This document shows positions 1 through 11,325 of a stretch of 64,000 nt of DNA, piece after piece. The notes below the pieces were generated by a model. The model was not told where the DNA came from. It did not search any database and worked only from the letters and a program-made list of their open reading frames with translations. Made by a program: the position numbers and the translations under genes. This DNA comes from Scyliorhinus canicula (taxonomy: Eukaryota): the NCBI RefSeq assembly GCF_902713615.1, contig NC_052158.1:151669400-151733399 (forward strand). Reading direction: 5' to 3'. Each line of letters opens with the position of its first letter. The stretch's first letter is position 1.

Positions 1-76
1 CGCTGGGTATAGTTCGGAAAAAGGTTGGAAATTCCTTTTTATTGCTCAGGCACATGCATGTTGAAAAATAACTAAT
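1..76 (-). CDS. V2R/OlfC gene A, start of exon 3 (continues beyond left edge)
   Basis: Minus-strand acceptor ttttcacag| then ATT AGT TAT..., translating [25 protein letters not shown]; near-identical to gene B exon 3 start (27847). Confidence 0.93.
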   Translation of the reverse strand, partial: MSYFSTCMCLSNKKEFPTFFRTIPS

Positions 77-811
77 CTGTGAAAACATCAAAAAGAGATT
101 TCATTTTTAGTTCAATACCTTCATCATTCAGGTAGACCAGCCTTCAAAACGTCCCTTCAAGAAGAAGCAGATTTTCAATTTGTTGCCACAATGTGAAACT
201 GGCCCACAGATTAGCCCATGTACATATTCAGATCAGTTATGAGCCGCACACTTGGCCGAATTTGCGAACGAAGAATAATGTGCTCATGTCACAGGAACAC
301 AGAAATGTTAATACATAGAGGGGGGCCATTTGGCCAATTGTGTCTGCACCGGCTCTCCAGACAAGCATCATTACTTTGTGCCATTCCCCTGTCTTTTCCC
401 TGTATCCCCGCACAATGTTTCTATTCAAATAACCAGCTATGCCTCAACTGAACCTGCCTCCGCCACTTTTCCAGGCAGTGCATTCCAGGCCCGAACCACA
501 CGTTGTGTGAAAATACTTTTTCTCACATCACATCTTTCAGTCAAGCCCTTACCTTAATGAAGATCCTAATCAACTCTGAATACTGGAGAGAGGAATGTCA
601 TATGAATTAATCATTGAATCATTGAACTAAAAGTGCAGAATGCTGTCAGTACCTGGCCACTATTATTAATTATAGTAATTTGTAAGCTATAGTCCATCCA
701 AAAATGTATGATATTCAAATTTTTTCCAAGTATCAATGAGATGGATGTTGGCACGAAGAAATAAACTAACTTTGCCTTTCTCAGTGTCAAGATACCAAGT
801 TTAATGCAAAA

Positions 812-984
812 TGAAAATCTCTTATTGTCACGAGTAGGCTTCAATGAAGTTACTGTGAAAAGCCCCTAGTCGCCACATTCCGGCGCCTGTCCGGGGAGGC
901 TGGCACGGGAATCGAACCGTGCTGCTGGCCTGCTTGGTCTGCTTTAAAAGCCAGCGATTTAGCCAGGTGAGCTAAACCAGCCCC
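812..984 (-). mobile_element. tRNA-derived SINE in gene A intron 2
   Basis: Head gggctggtttagc...ggttcgattcc (A/B-box-like) plus cacagtaacttcattgaagcctac..gtgacaataa tail; absent at the paralogous site in gene B intron 2 (~26990). Confidence 0.8.
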
Positions 985-2046
985 TGCTCTCTCTACTTTG
1001 ACTTAACATTATAGCATCACGCAAACCTTAAAGAACACCAAACCAGACTGACCCATTTTGTCGGGTACCAGGTAACGAGTGAGATCAGCAATAAGTGCCA
1101 GTTTGGACTGTGGGTTGAATCGCATCAGGAACTGAAACGAAGAACCCGTCAAAACAATTTCACATAGAACCCTGACAACCTGCAAAGAGGGAATACATGT
1201 GTTTTGTTTCTCGGTGTTAGGTTTGGATACAGATTCCACTGGTATTGTTTCACCTGTCACTGAATGCATGTGCACATAAAGGCACAAATGTATTTAGCAG
1301 TACTTAGACTTGTTCGTCTCTCTATTTTAAGAATCCCTTTGAGTGTTGATGCCAAGCAAGAATATTGTGAGAGAAATTTAGAATGTAGAACTGATTTAGA
1401 TTGAATATTGCCTGCATCGAATTTCATAATTTCTATTGCTTTCTCTCTTTGTCGCAAATTCTCCGACATACCCTTCTGATAATACAATTCCAAATCAGAA
1501 AGGTTCCCTCCAACATCTCAGCTTGTGTGAGCTTTGACATGGTTTATGTGCAGGCTATGAGACTCAGAAGAGCGCCAAAGCTGAATATATATACCCATCC
1601 TTCCGAGCATCAGCTCATCCACCCTTCTGACAGGGCTCAGAGATGCAACTCAGGGCTATATTTATTTTCCTAACGCAGCGCCTGTATGACTATTGCTGCA
1701 CCCAAAGAACTGCCCAAGCCTAGGTTAGGTAACTCAGAACAAAGTGCTCAAAACTGGATGTTTCTTTGTTGAAATGGCTCAGAGTGACTGAGGAACATTG
1801 GACTCAGGAGGAGGCCATTCAAATGATTTGGGCTGAGCTACTCTGCATTCAATTTATCTGCACCTCAAGTGCATTTAACTGTCTTTGCTCCACAGCTTTA
1901 ACAAAAAACTACCAATCTCAATCTTCAAGCATCAGTTGTCCCAGCATGCACAGCCATTTGGGAGGGGATGAAATTTCAGTTACAGTTGACCTCCATGCTA
2001 CTGACAAAGTTTGTAACACTTTCATGTTAAATTTTTTGCTGCTTAC

Positions 2047-2338
2047 CAATGGTATTCCAAAGAGCCCCGCTGTCCTGGCAATTGTTATGGATTGTGTTGA
2101 ACCAGAATCGCCAATAAGTGCATGCACCGGAGAGCCTCCATTGCATCCCGCGAGTGTAACATTTTCTTCTTGGCCATTAAGAATTGTCAGGGTTGCTCTA
2201 ACAGCCAATGCTGGAGTGGCACAGGAATCATAAATATTGTAGCCCAGCGTGATATTGGGAAGAAGTGATGGGTCATTATTAATTTCTTCAATGGCAAAGA
2301 TCATCAGTTGAACCCAGCGGAAAGCTCTCAGACTAAAA
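2047..2338 (-). CDS. V2R/OlfC gene A, exon 2 (Venus flytrap domain)
   Basis: cag| acceptor and |gtaagc donor; 292 bp, same length as exon 2 of B and C; FSLRAFRWVQLMIFAIEEINNDPSLLPNITLGYNIYDSC...GDSGSTQS...FGIPL. Confidence 0.95.
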
Positions 2339-2833
2339 CTGTTGGAAATAAAAACGTTTTGACCCTGAAAAAGTCATGTAATCGTAAGTATTCATATAGC
2401 TGGGTCTATCATACACTATGACACCAGAAAGACATACTGAGTATGTGCATTTATATAATCACATTTCCAACTCTCAAGAAATAATGGCATAAGGTATTGG
2501 AGTGACTAGTCTATTCATGGAATGATACATAAATAGTGCAGCTCATTATTTTACTGTGCCTGATGTGAATTTCTATCGATTTGATCGAGAAATTATTTTA
2601 GAGACAACTGAAATGTACACTCAGTGTAAATAGCTCCCCTTTATAACAGCATCTCCTTTGGCTCAAGATCTGTCTCACAGCCCTCTAGGTTCTGACACAT
2701 ACCTTAATGCACTCCTTTACTTTCTCTGCCTTCACCTAGCTTGGACTTACTCTCTGGAATTTCTTCCTGAAATTTCTTTGAATCTCTACTTCTTCCTCCA
2801 CTTCTACTCAATAATCAAGAAGTCTCTACTCAC

Positions 2834-3042
2834 TCTAAGCACCGTGGAGTCTCTGGTTGTGTTTGGTAAGAAGTCTTTGGAGGGATTCCTCGGTAGTGAA
2901 TGGGAAAAATTCCACCAATGATGATGTCTCCGCTTTGCATGAGTTCAGGCAAATTAAACCTTCCTTGAAGGCTGCAGATTTGATCTTCTTTGGCAAACAT
3001 ACAGGTCACCAAAACAATCAGCACCCACCACAGCAAATACAT
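2834..3042 (-). CDS. V2R/OlfC gene A, exon 1 (signal peptide + N-terminus)
   Basis: MYLLWWVLIVLVTCMFA signal peptide, GDIIIGGIFPIH class C GPCR motif, phase-2 donor GA|gtgagt; 209 bp as in gene B. Confidence 0.95.
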
Positions 3043-3119
3043 TGCAATAGTTGCTGGTAAGGTCTATTGCTGGCAGGAAGTCTGCTGCTGGTAATTGGAA
3101 ACAGGGCAGGTTTCATTCC

Positions 3120-3214
3120 TTATATTGAGTTTTTTGTTGCCAATTGAACAAGCAACCAAAAACTTAATTAAAACAACAGAAATCCCACATGAACTTCAGG
3201 TTTAGCAACACCTG
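3120..3214 (-). promoter_or_regulatory. Putative proximal promoter of gene A (CAGGTG E-box, TTGCTTGTT, TATAA)
   Basis: Minus-strand CAGGTG (3209-3214), TTGCTTGTT (3147-3155), TATAA (3120-3124) upstream of the ATG; same order in B and C. Confidence 0.4.
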
Positions 3215-5171
3215 CGGCATTTTCTGATTATTGTGTTCCATTGTCGGCACCGAAGTTAGTTTAACTTTGCTCAAGTGAGTCTGAGCCACTGGAAGACTAT
3301 TTGGGAGAATTATTGTGCTGAGAGCAGTAATAAAATAATTATTTTCCCTGTATTTCTACGCCACATGTTGAAAAGCGGAGACTTGGAAGAACAAATTATT
3401 TGGTAAATAATTAATGCTTGTTACGTACTTGGTAAAGTATGTTTACTTTGAGAGCCTTCTTTCCTTGTTTTCTTCTTTGGTTTCAGTGTGACTGAATCAA
3501 GGAATAGGAATTTAAGTTCATTGGACATGAGAAGCAAATGTATAATTGAGTGGAAAGCGATCTGACGTTTCTGAAGGTCTGTTTTTTTCCTGCTCAAAAG
3601 TAGCCGAACTCAGTGAAAACACTGCATCAGAATAGCAATAAACCTCTGACCACTGGTGGCCACTGATCATATCTATAAATTCTGCACACACAATACATTG
3701 TAACCTATCTGTACTCTCACAACTATAACATATTTCCATGATTATTATTCTTATTAAAGATTTCTTGCATTTGCAATTTTTCCTTTTGTTTTCTATTTTA
3801 CTGAAGAATATTGCAAACTATCCAAAATGGAGTAAATAATTAGAGACACGGAATTTGGCGCGATTGCGTTTAACGTCTTGCGTCTCGGTGACTGCAGCAC
3901 CTGGAAACACCCTGCTATTCAACAGCGCTTTTATTTTGGCCTCAGGCAGATTCTCTCTGCTGAGGCTGCACTTAGAGGGATTTCCTGCTGGTGGGCTGAA
4001 GCTTGTGGGCGCCAGTTTGACCGGCTGCCCCGATTTCCACCTCCCCTTTCTTTATTGAACCCCTCCTCCCCTCCTCCCTCAACCTAGGGGAAGCCCCTGG
4101 GAACACCCTTACACCTGCTCTCCATGTGGAAAGGTCACATCCCCCCCCCCCCTCCGCCCCTGGCAGTTCCAACCGGGCACCCTGGCACTACCAACTGAGC
4201 ACTGCTAGCCTGGCACCCTGGTAATGCTGCCCAGGCACTCCGGCATTGCCAGACAGGCACTGGCAGTGTGCCCAGGTGGCACTGCCAAGGTGCCCAGGTG
4301 CCAGGGGGAGTGTCAGGGTACACGTTGCCCTGTCACAATTACAGGGCAATGAAGAGGGGATGGGCAGTGGGACTGAGCTGGTGCAAGAATAATGGACTGA
4401 GTAGCCTTCTGTGCAGCATAGTTCTGTATTTTTAAGCAACATTCAGGTTGGCTAAATTCGGAGCACTTTTGCTTCTAAATTATGAGATATGAGTTTAAAA
4501 TCCATTCTTGGGCGTGAGTGTGCAAGGCTGACACAACTCCTATCCAACACTCAAATCATGCTGCTGCAATTGCTAATCCTGGGACAGCAAACGTGGCTGA
4601 TATTGGTTGAACAGATAGTTTGAGATAGCATTATAATTATAAAGAGGACAATCCTAGTTTTGCTAATCTCTCCATGTAACTAAAATACTTCAGCAGAAAA
4701 ACTTTGGGTTGATAGAATTTTGGGTACAAGCTGAGTATCCCAAACCCACAAATAGGTTCAGCAATCCCATCCGATGATTTTTGTCCAGTTTAAGTCATCA
4801 TTGATCAATTGGGGAACAAACCAACTCAAAACTGACAATTTGTGGGATGTCTGAAATCTTTCAACTGAGCATTGGGGTGTTAAACAGTCAGTTAAAACTT
4901 GAGGAAATGGTTTCCAATCCTACTCAATATAGGTAGGATGGGCTGAATGGCCTCTTCCTGTGTCATAAGATTCTATACTTCACCTCTGACTGTTGAATAG
5001 GAAACATGGAGTAGAAATTTATAAGTTCTTAGAAAGCATTATCAAAAGCCATGAAAGGAATTAAGTGTTTTGGGCAGGTTCTGTGTGCCCTATTTATGAT
5101 CCGGTTTGATAAAAATAGATAGATTTGTCTTGGAAATTTGTTGGAAAGATATTCTGTGTTGTTTCCTGCAG

Positions 5172-5583
5172 ATTCAGTGGATTGCCTGGCATGCCACTTA
5201 GATTACTGGCCAAACCTAGAAAGAGACAAATGCGTCCTCAAGGAAATTGAATTTTTGTCATTTGGAGACACCATGGGGATCATATTAATGGCATTGTCCA
5301 TATCCGGTGCTTGTATATCAATGGCTGTTACTGCTGTTTTCTACCGTTACAAGAATACTCCGAGTGTCAAAGCAAACAATTGTGTTCCATTTGGATAACT
5401 TTCATTCCAGTTTACATCAACTCTGTAAAGGACACAGTAGCTGTGGCGATATTTGCAATATTGTCTTCCAGTTTTGTTTTGCTTAGCTGTATATTTGCTC
5501 CAAAGGTTTATATCATTCTATTGAAACCGGCACTGAACACCAAGAAACATTTAATGGGCAGGCCACCCGCGAACACATTGTGA
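5172..5583 (+). pseudogene. Orphan V2R exon 6 (end of Cys-rich domain + 7TM) with 499-bp internal deletion and frameshift
   Basis: Same acceptor (tttcctgcag|) and stop context as gene B exon 6 but 412 bp vs 911 bp; [12 protein letters not shown]...KANN joined out of frame to WITFIPVY...GRPPANTL; flanks ~4700-5940 match B intron 5 and 3' flank (~38360-40080); AATAAA at ~5735. Confidence 0.92.
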
Positions 5584-5947
5584 ATGCTGGAAGGTTAATA
5601 ATCTTTGGCCAGTCCAAAAGCAAAGCATGCAAGGGTCATGGCTTTTATTGCAATGCTAAAGTTAGTATTTATCACTTTCGTATATTGTAATTGTTGGACC
5701 ATAGAAAAGATTCCTTGGAAAATTTATGAGTGCAAATAAACATTAATATACACATGTGAGTGCTTGCTGAGCCATCCCTTTAACAATTCTATTTAAACTG
5801 TGTCCTGAACAATAGTCATCCTTCAACTAACATCGCTAAAACAATTTATCTAATCGTTATCATATTGCTGTTAGTGGGAGCTTGAAGTGTGAAAATTGGC
5901 TGCTGTGTTTCCGACATTACAACAGTGTCCAAATTTTAAAAGACATT

Positions 5948-6296
5948 GGTCTGGAATCTCCGCCTCGCCGCGTCACATCTGTCCCCCGACCGGCCGGCGG
6001 GATTCTCCGTTCCGCCTGCCAGCCGATCAATGGGGTTTCCTATTGTGGGGCAGCCCCACGCCGTCGGAAAACCCCCGGGCGCCAGCAAAACGGAGAACCA
6101 CGCCGGCGGAGAATCGCGGCCATAGTCTGGAATTCTCCGGCTGTTGGAATTCTGTGTTACCGACAGCAACGCACCCTTGCCCGCATTGTGGGCTGGCTTC
6201 AGTGAGAAATCCCATTGACAAGCAGCGGGAATCCCACTGCCAGCGAACAGCGCGCCGCTAAGGAACGCGCGGCTATGCAACCGGAGAATCCCACCC
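5948..6296. mobile_element. Two tandem Harbinger-type MITEs inside an older SINE remnant
   Basis: Elements 5948-6121 and 6125-6296, each with GG..GGA(A)TTCTCC / GGAGAATC..CC TIRs; 3-bp flanks ATT/ATA/ATA. Confidence 0.7.
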
Positions 6297-6632
6297 ATAA
6301 TTTGTGGAACGTGCTTTGGGATATCCTGAAGTTGTGAAAACTGCAATGTTTTTAAATTCGAAACTAACTCTTAATTTTTGTTCAATAGCTCTGCACAATA
6401 ATTCAATTCCACTGAATTAAAATTTTAAAAATAAAACATGTGGGCACTTCTATGATATAACGTGTACAATTGACAGAACAATCCAATGTAGTATCTCAAT
6501 GGGCACAATGCCAACAATTATGTTTTTAGGTCTACAAAGCAGTTGAGAAGAATAGAAGTGAAGGTGTGACAAAACAAGAGGTTTTGTCGAGGGCGCACAA
6601 TGTCCCGAATTTAAAGCAATTCTTTACTCGAG

Positions 6633-9600
6633 CAAAGAACAAACAAAGAACAAAAAACAAAGAAAATTACAGCACAGGAACAGGCCCTTCGGCCCTCCCT
6701 CCCAGCCTGCGCCGATCCAGATCCTTTATCTAAACCTGTCGCCTATTTTTCAAGGATCTACTCCCCTCTGTTCCCCACCCGTTCATATATCTGTCTAGAT
6801 GCATCTTAAATGATACTATCGTGCCCGCCGCTACCACCTCCGCTGGCAAAGCATTCCAGGCACCCACCACCCTCTGCGTAAAAAACTTCTCATGCACATC
6901 TCCCTTAAACTTTCCCCCTCGCACCTTGAAATCGTGACTCCTTGTAATTGACACCCCCACTCTTGGAAAAAGCTTGTTGCTATCCACCCTGTACATACCT
7001 CTCATAATTTTGTAGACCGCAATCAGGTCCACCCTCAACCTCCGTCTTTCCAACGAAAACAATCCTTATCTACTCAACCTTTCTTCATAGCAAGCACTCT
7101 CCATAGCTAGCACACTCCATACCAGGCAACATCCTGGTGAACCTCCTCTGCACCCTCTCTAAAGCATCCACATCCTTCTGGTAATGTGGTGACCAGAACT
7201 GCACGCAGTATTCCAAATGTGGCCTAACCAAAGTCATATACAACTGTAACATGACCTGCCGACTCTTGTACTCAATACCCCGTCCAATGAAGGCAAGCAT
7301 GCTGTATGCCTCCTTGACCACTCTATCGACCTGCGTTGCCACCTTCAGGGTACAATGGACCTGAACTCACAGATCTCTCTGTACATCAATTTTCCCCAGG
7401 ACTCCTCCATTGACCGTATAGTCCGCTCTTGAATTAGATCTTCCAAAATGCATCACCTCGCATTTGCCTGGATTGAACTCCATCTGCCATTTCTCTGCCC
7501 AACTCTCCAATCTATCTATATTTTGCTGTATTCTCTGACAGTCCTCCTCACTATCTGCAACTCCACCAATCTTAGCATCATCTGCAAACTTGCTAATCAG
7601 ACCACCTATACCTTCCTCCAGGTCATTTATGTATGTCACAAACAACAGTAGTCCGAGCACGGATCCCTGTGGAACACCACTAGTCACTTTTCTCCATTTT
7701 GAGACACTCCCTTCCACCACTACTATCTGTCTCCTGTTGCCCAGCCAGTTCTTTATCCATCTAGCTAGTACACCCTGAACTCCATACGACTTCACTCTTT
7801 CCATCAACCTGCCATGGGAAACTTTATCAAATGCCTGACTGAAGTCCATGCATATGACATCAACAGCCCTTCCCTCATCAATTAACTTTGTCACTTCCTC
7901 AAATAATTCTATTAGGTTTGTAAGACATGACCTTCCCTGCACAAAACCATGCTGCGTATCACTGATAAGTCGATTTTCTTCCAAATATGAATAGATCCTA
8001 TCCCTCAGTATCTTCTCCAACAGTTTGCCTACCACTGATGCCAAGCTCACAGGTCTATAATTCCCTGGATTATCCCTGCTACCATTCTTAAACAAAGGGA
8101 CAACATTAGCAATTCTCTAGTCCTCCGGGACCTCACCCGTGCTCAAGGATGCTGCAAAGATATCTGTTAAGGCCCCAGCTATTTCGTCCCTCGCTTCCCT
8201 CAGTAACCTGGGATAGATCCCATCCGGACCTGGGGACTTGTCCACCTTAATGACTTTAAGAATACCCAAAACTTCCCCCTTCCTTATGCCGACTTGACCT
8301 AGAGTATTTAAACATTCATCCCCAGCCTCAACATCCGTCATGTCCCTCTCCTTGGTGAATACCGATGCAAAGTACTCATTAAGAATCTCATCCATTTCCT
8401 CTGACTCCATGCATAAATTCCCTCTTTTGTCTTTGAGTGGGCCAATCCTTTCTCTAGTTACCCTCTTGCTCCTTATATACAAAAAAAGGCTTTGGGATTT
8501 TCCTTAACCCTGTTAGCCAAAGATATTTCATGACTTTGGGGGCAGCAGGGTAGCATGGTGGTTAGCATAAATGCTTCACAACTCCAGGGTCCCAGGTTCG
8601 ATTCCCGGCTGGGTCACTGTCTGTGTGGAGTCTGCACGTCCTCCCCCTGTGTGCGTGGGTTTCCTCCGGGTGCTCCGGTTTCCTCCCACAGTCCAAAGAT
8701 GTGCGGGTTAGGTGGATTGGCCATGCTAAATTGCCCGTAGTGTCCTAATAAAAGTAAGGTTAAGGGGGGGGTTGTTGGGTTACGGGTATAGGGTGGATAT
8801 GTGGGTTTGAGTAGGGTGATCATGGCTCGGCACAACATTGAGGGCCGAAGGGCCTGTTCTGTGCTGTACTGTTCTATGTTCTATGTTCTATGTTCTATGA
8901 CTCTTTTTAGCCCTCTTTATTGCGCGTTTGAGATTTGTCCTACTTTCCCGATATTCCTCCAAAGCTTCATCAGTTTTAAGTCACCTAGATCTTATGTATG
9001 CTTCCTTTTTCATCTTAGCTTGTCTCACAATTCCACTCGTCATCAATGGTTCCCTAATCTTGCCATTTCTATCCCTCATTTTCACAGGGACATGTCTGTC
9101 CTGCACTGTAATCAACCGTTCCTTAAAAGACTCCCACATTTCAAATGTGGATTTACCCTTAATCAGCTGCTTCCAATCCACATTCCCTAGCTCCTGCTGA
9201 ATTTTGTTATACTTGACCTTTCCCCAATTCAGCACTCTTCCTTTAGGACCACTCTCGTCTTTGTCCATGAGTATTCTAAAACTTACGGAATTGTGATCGC
9301 TATTCCCAAAGTAATCACCGACTGAAACTTCAACCACCTGGCCGAGATCATTCCCCAATACCAGGTCCAGTATGGCCCCTTCCTGAGTTGGACTATTTAC
9401 ATACTGCTCTAAAAAACTCTCCTGGATGCTCCTTACAAATTCTGCTCCATCTACACCTCCCATACTACAAGAGTCCCATTCAATGTTGGGGAAGTTAAAA
9501 TCTCCCATCACGACCACCCTATTGCTCCTACATTTTTCTATTATCTGTCTACATATTTGTACCTCTAATTCACGCTTGCTTTTAGGAGGCCTGTAGTAAA

Positions 9601-11325
9601 GTCCCAACAATGTTACTGCACCCTTCCTATTTCTTAGCTCTACCCATATTGCCTCAGTGCTCGAATCCTCCATCGTGCCCTCCTTAATCACAGCTGTGAT
9701 ATCAACTCTAACCAGTAATGCAACTCCTCCACCCCTTTTACCTCCCTCTCTATCCCTCCTGAAGCATCTATACCCTGGGATATTTAGTTGCCAGTCTTGC
9801 CCTTCCCTCAACCAAGTCTCAGTAATACCAATAACATCATATTCCCAGGTACTAATCCAAGCCCTAAATTCATCTGCCTTACCTGCTACACTTTTCGCAT
9901 TAAAACAAATGCACCTCAGACTATCTGTCCATTTGCATTCATCATCTCTTCCCTGTCTACTCTTCCCCTTAGTCACATTGAGATTATTATCTAGTACCTT
10001 ACTGGCTTTAGTTGCTGCCTCTTTACTGACCTCTAACTTCCTAATCTGTTTCCCATTCCCCTGCCACATTAGTTTAAAACCTCCCCAACAGTGTTAGCAA
10101 AAGCACCCCCTAGGACATTTGTTCCAGTCCTGCCCAGGTGTAGACTGCCGATTTGTAATGGTCCCACCGCCCCCAGAACCGGTTCCAATGTCCCAAAAAT
10201 CTGAACCCCTCCCTCCTGCACCATCTCTCAAGCCACGTATTCATTCTGACTATTCTTGAATTTCTACTCTGACTGTCTCGTGGCACTGGTAGCAATCCTG
10301 AGATTACTACCTTTGAGGTCCTACTTTTTAACTTATCTCCTAACTCCCTAAATTCTAATTGTAGGACCTCATCCTGTTTTTTACCTATATCGTTGGTGCC
10401 TATATGCACCACGACAACTGGCTCTTCACCCTCCCCCTACAGTATGTCCTGCAGCCGATCTGAGACATCCCTGACCCGTGCACCCGGGAAGCAACATACC
10501 ATTCGGGTGTCTCGTTTTCGACCACAGAAATGCCTGTCTACTACCCTTACAATTGAATCCCCTATGACTATAGCCCTGCCAGTTTTTTTTTCCGCCCTTC
10601 TGTGCAGCAGAGCCAACCACGGTGCCATGAGCCTGGCTACTACTGCCTTCCCCTGGTGAGTCATCTTCCCCAACAGTATCCAAAACGGTATACCTGTTTT
10701 GGATGGAGATGACCGCAGGGGACACCTGCACTGCCTTCCTGCTCTTTCTCTGCCTTTTGGTCACCCATTCCCTATCTCCCTCACCAATCCTAACCTGTGG
10801 TTGACCATCTCACTGAACGTGCTATCCACGACCTCCTCAGCATCACAGATGCTCCAAAGTGAGTCCATCCGCAGTTCCAGAGCCGTCATGCAGTCTAACA
10901 GGAGCTGGAGCTGGACACACTTCCCACACATGAAGGAGTCAGAGGCATCGGCCGCGTCCCTGAACTCCCAGATTGAGAATGAGGAGCATAACACGGGTCT
11001 GGGATCTCCTGCCATTTTTACACTTTACCTTAACTGAGTACAAATATAATATCAAATAATGAATAAGTGAAAGGAATAAAGATTTTACTTACCAATCCCA
11101 ATACTTACCAACACATGAAGAGTTTAATTTCTCCCAGCTACGGCTAATTGGAGCACTTTCCTTACCAGCCAATCAGGTCACTGCTTTGCTCTGATGTCAC
11201 TCTTCTGGACAGACCCCAGGCCACTACCCCCGCCGAAAATCTGAAGGCCGCTTCTCCGGCAGCTGTGTCTCCGCCGCTCTCCTCGTGCTCACTGTGTCCT
11301 CGCCGCTCTCCTCGCGCTCTTTTAT
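6633..11325 (-). mobile_element. Near full-length, decayed CR1-clade LINE (HER1-like): ORF1 (Zn finger/leucine zipper + SGNH esterase) and ORF2 (APE endonuclease + RT)
   Basis: ORF1 fragments 11015-10110 (CGKC, GDSIVR, VHIGTNDIG); endonuclease 10069-8981 (IGITETWL, MGDFN, SDHN); RT 8482-6730 (YRPVSL, GVPQGSVLG, KFADDAK); 3' tail gggccgaagggcctgttc..(ttctttg)n at ~6633-6700. Confidence 0.92.
8538..8896 (+). mobile_element. V-SINE (HE1-like) inserted into CR1 ORF2
   Basis: tRNA-like head, V-domain core (gggtttcctccgggtgctccggtttcctccc), CR1-like tail ending (gttctat)n; ATGACT on both sides (8530-8535, 8897-8902). Confidence 0.88.

Larger units (their letters stand above)
1..4630. repeat. Left arm of inverted segmental duplication (paired with ~22329-27922)
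   Basis: Exons, introns and ~1.6 kb of upstream sequence are reverse-complement homologous to the gene B region; homology ends at gagatagca (4630) / tgttatctc (22329). Confidence 0.9.

Noticed and set aside
1766-2233. 155-aa plus-strand ORF (and similar ORFs at 2857, 24794, 25751, 26012)
   Set aside because: Antisense shadows of V2R exons or duplicated introns; they recur only because of the duplication.
4170-4310. Short tggcactgcc-like repeats (also ~22830-22975) as a CRISPR-like array
   Set aside because: Irregular internal repeats of a non-autonomous DNA transposon in vertebrate DNA; no constant repeat-spacer period.
8538-8620. tRNA genes at SINE heads (A/B boxes, ggttcgattcc)
   Set aside because: They run directly into SINE cores and lack a complete cloverleaf.
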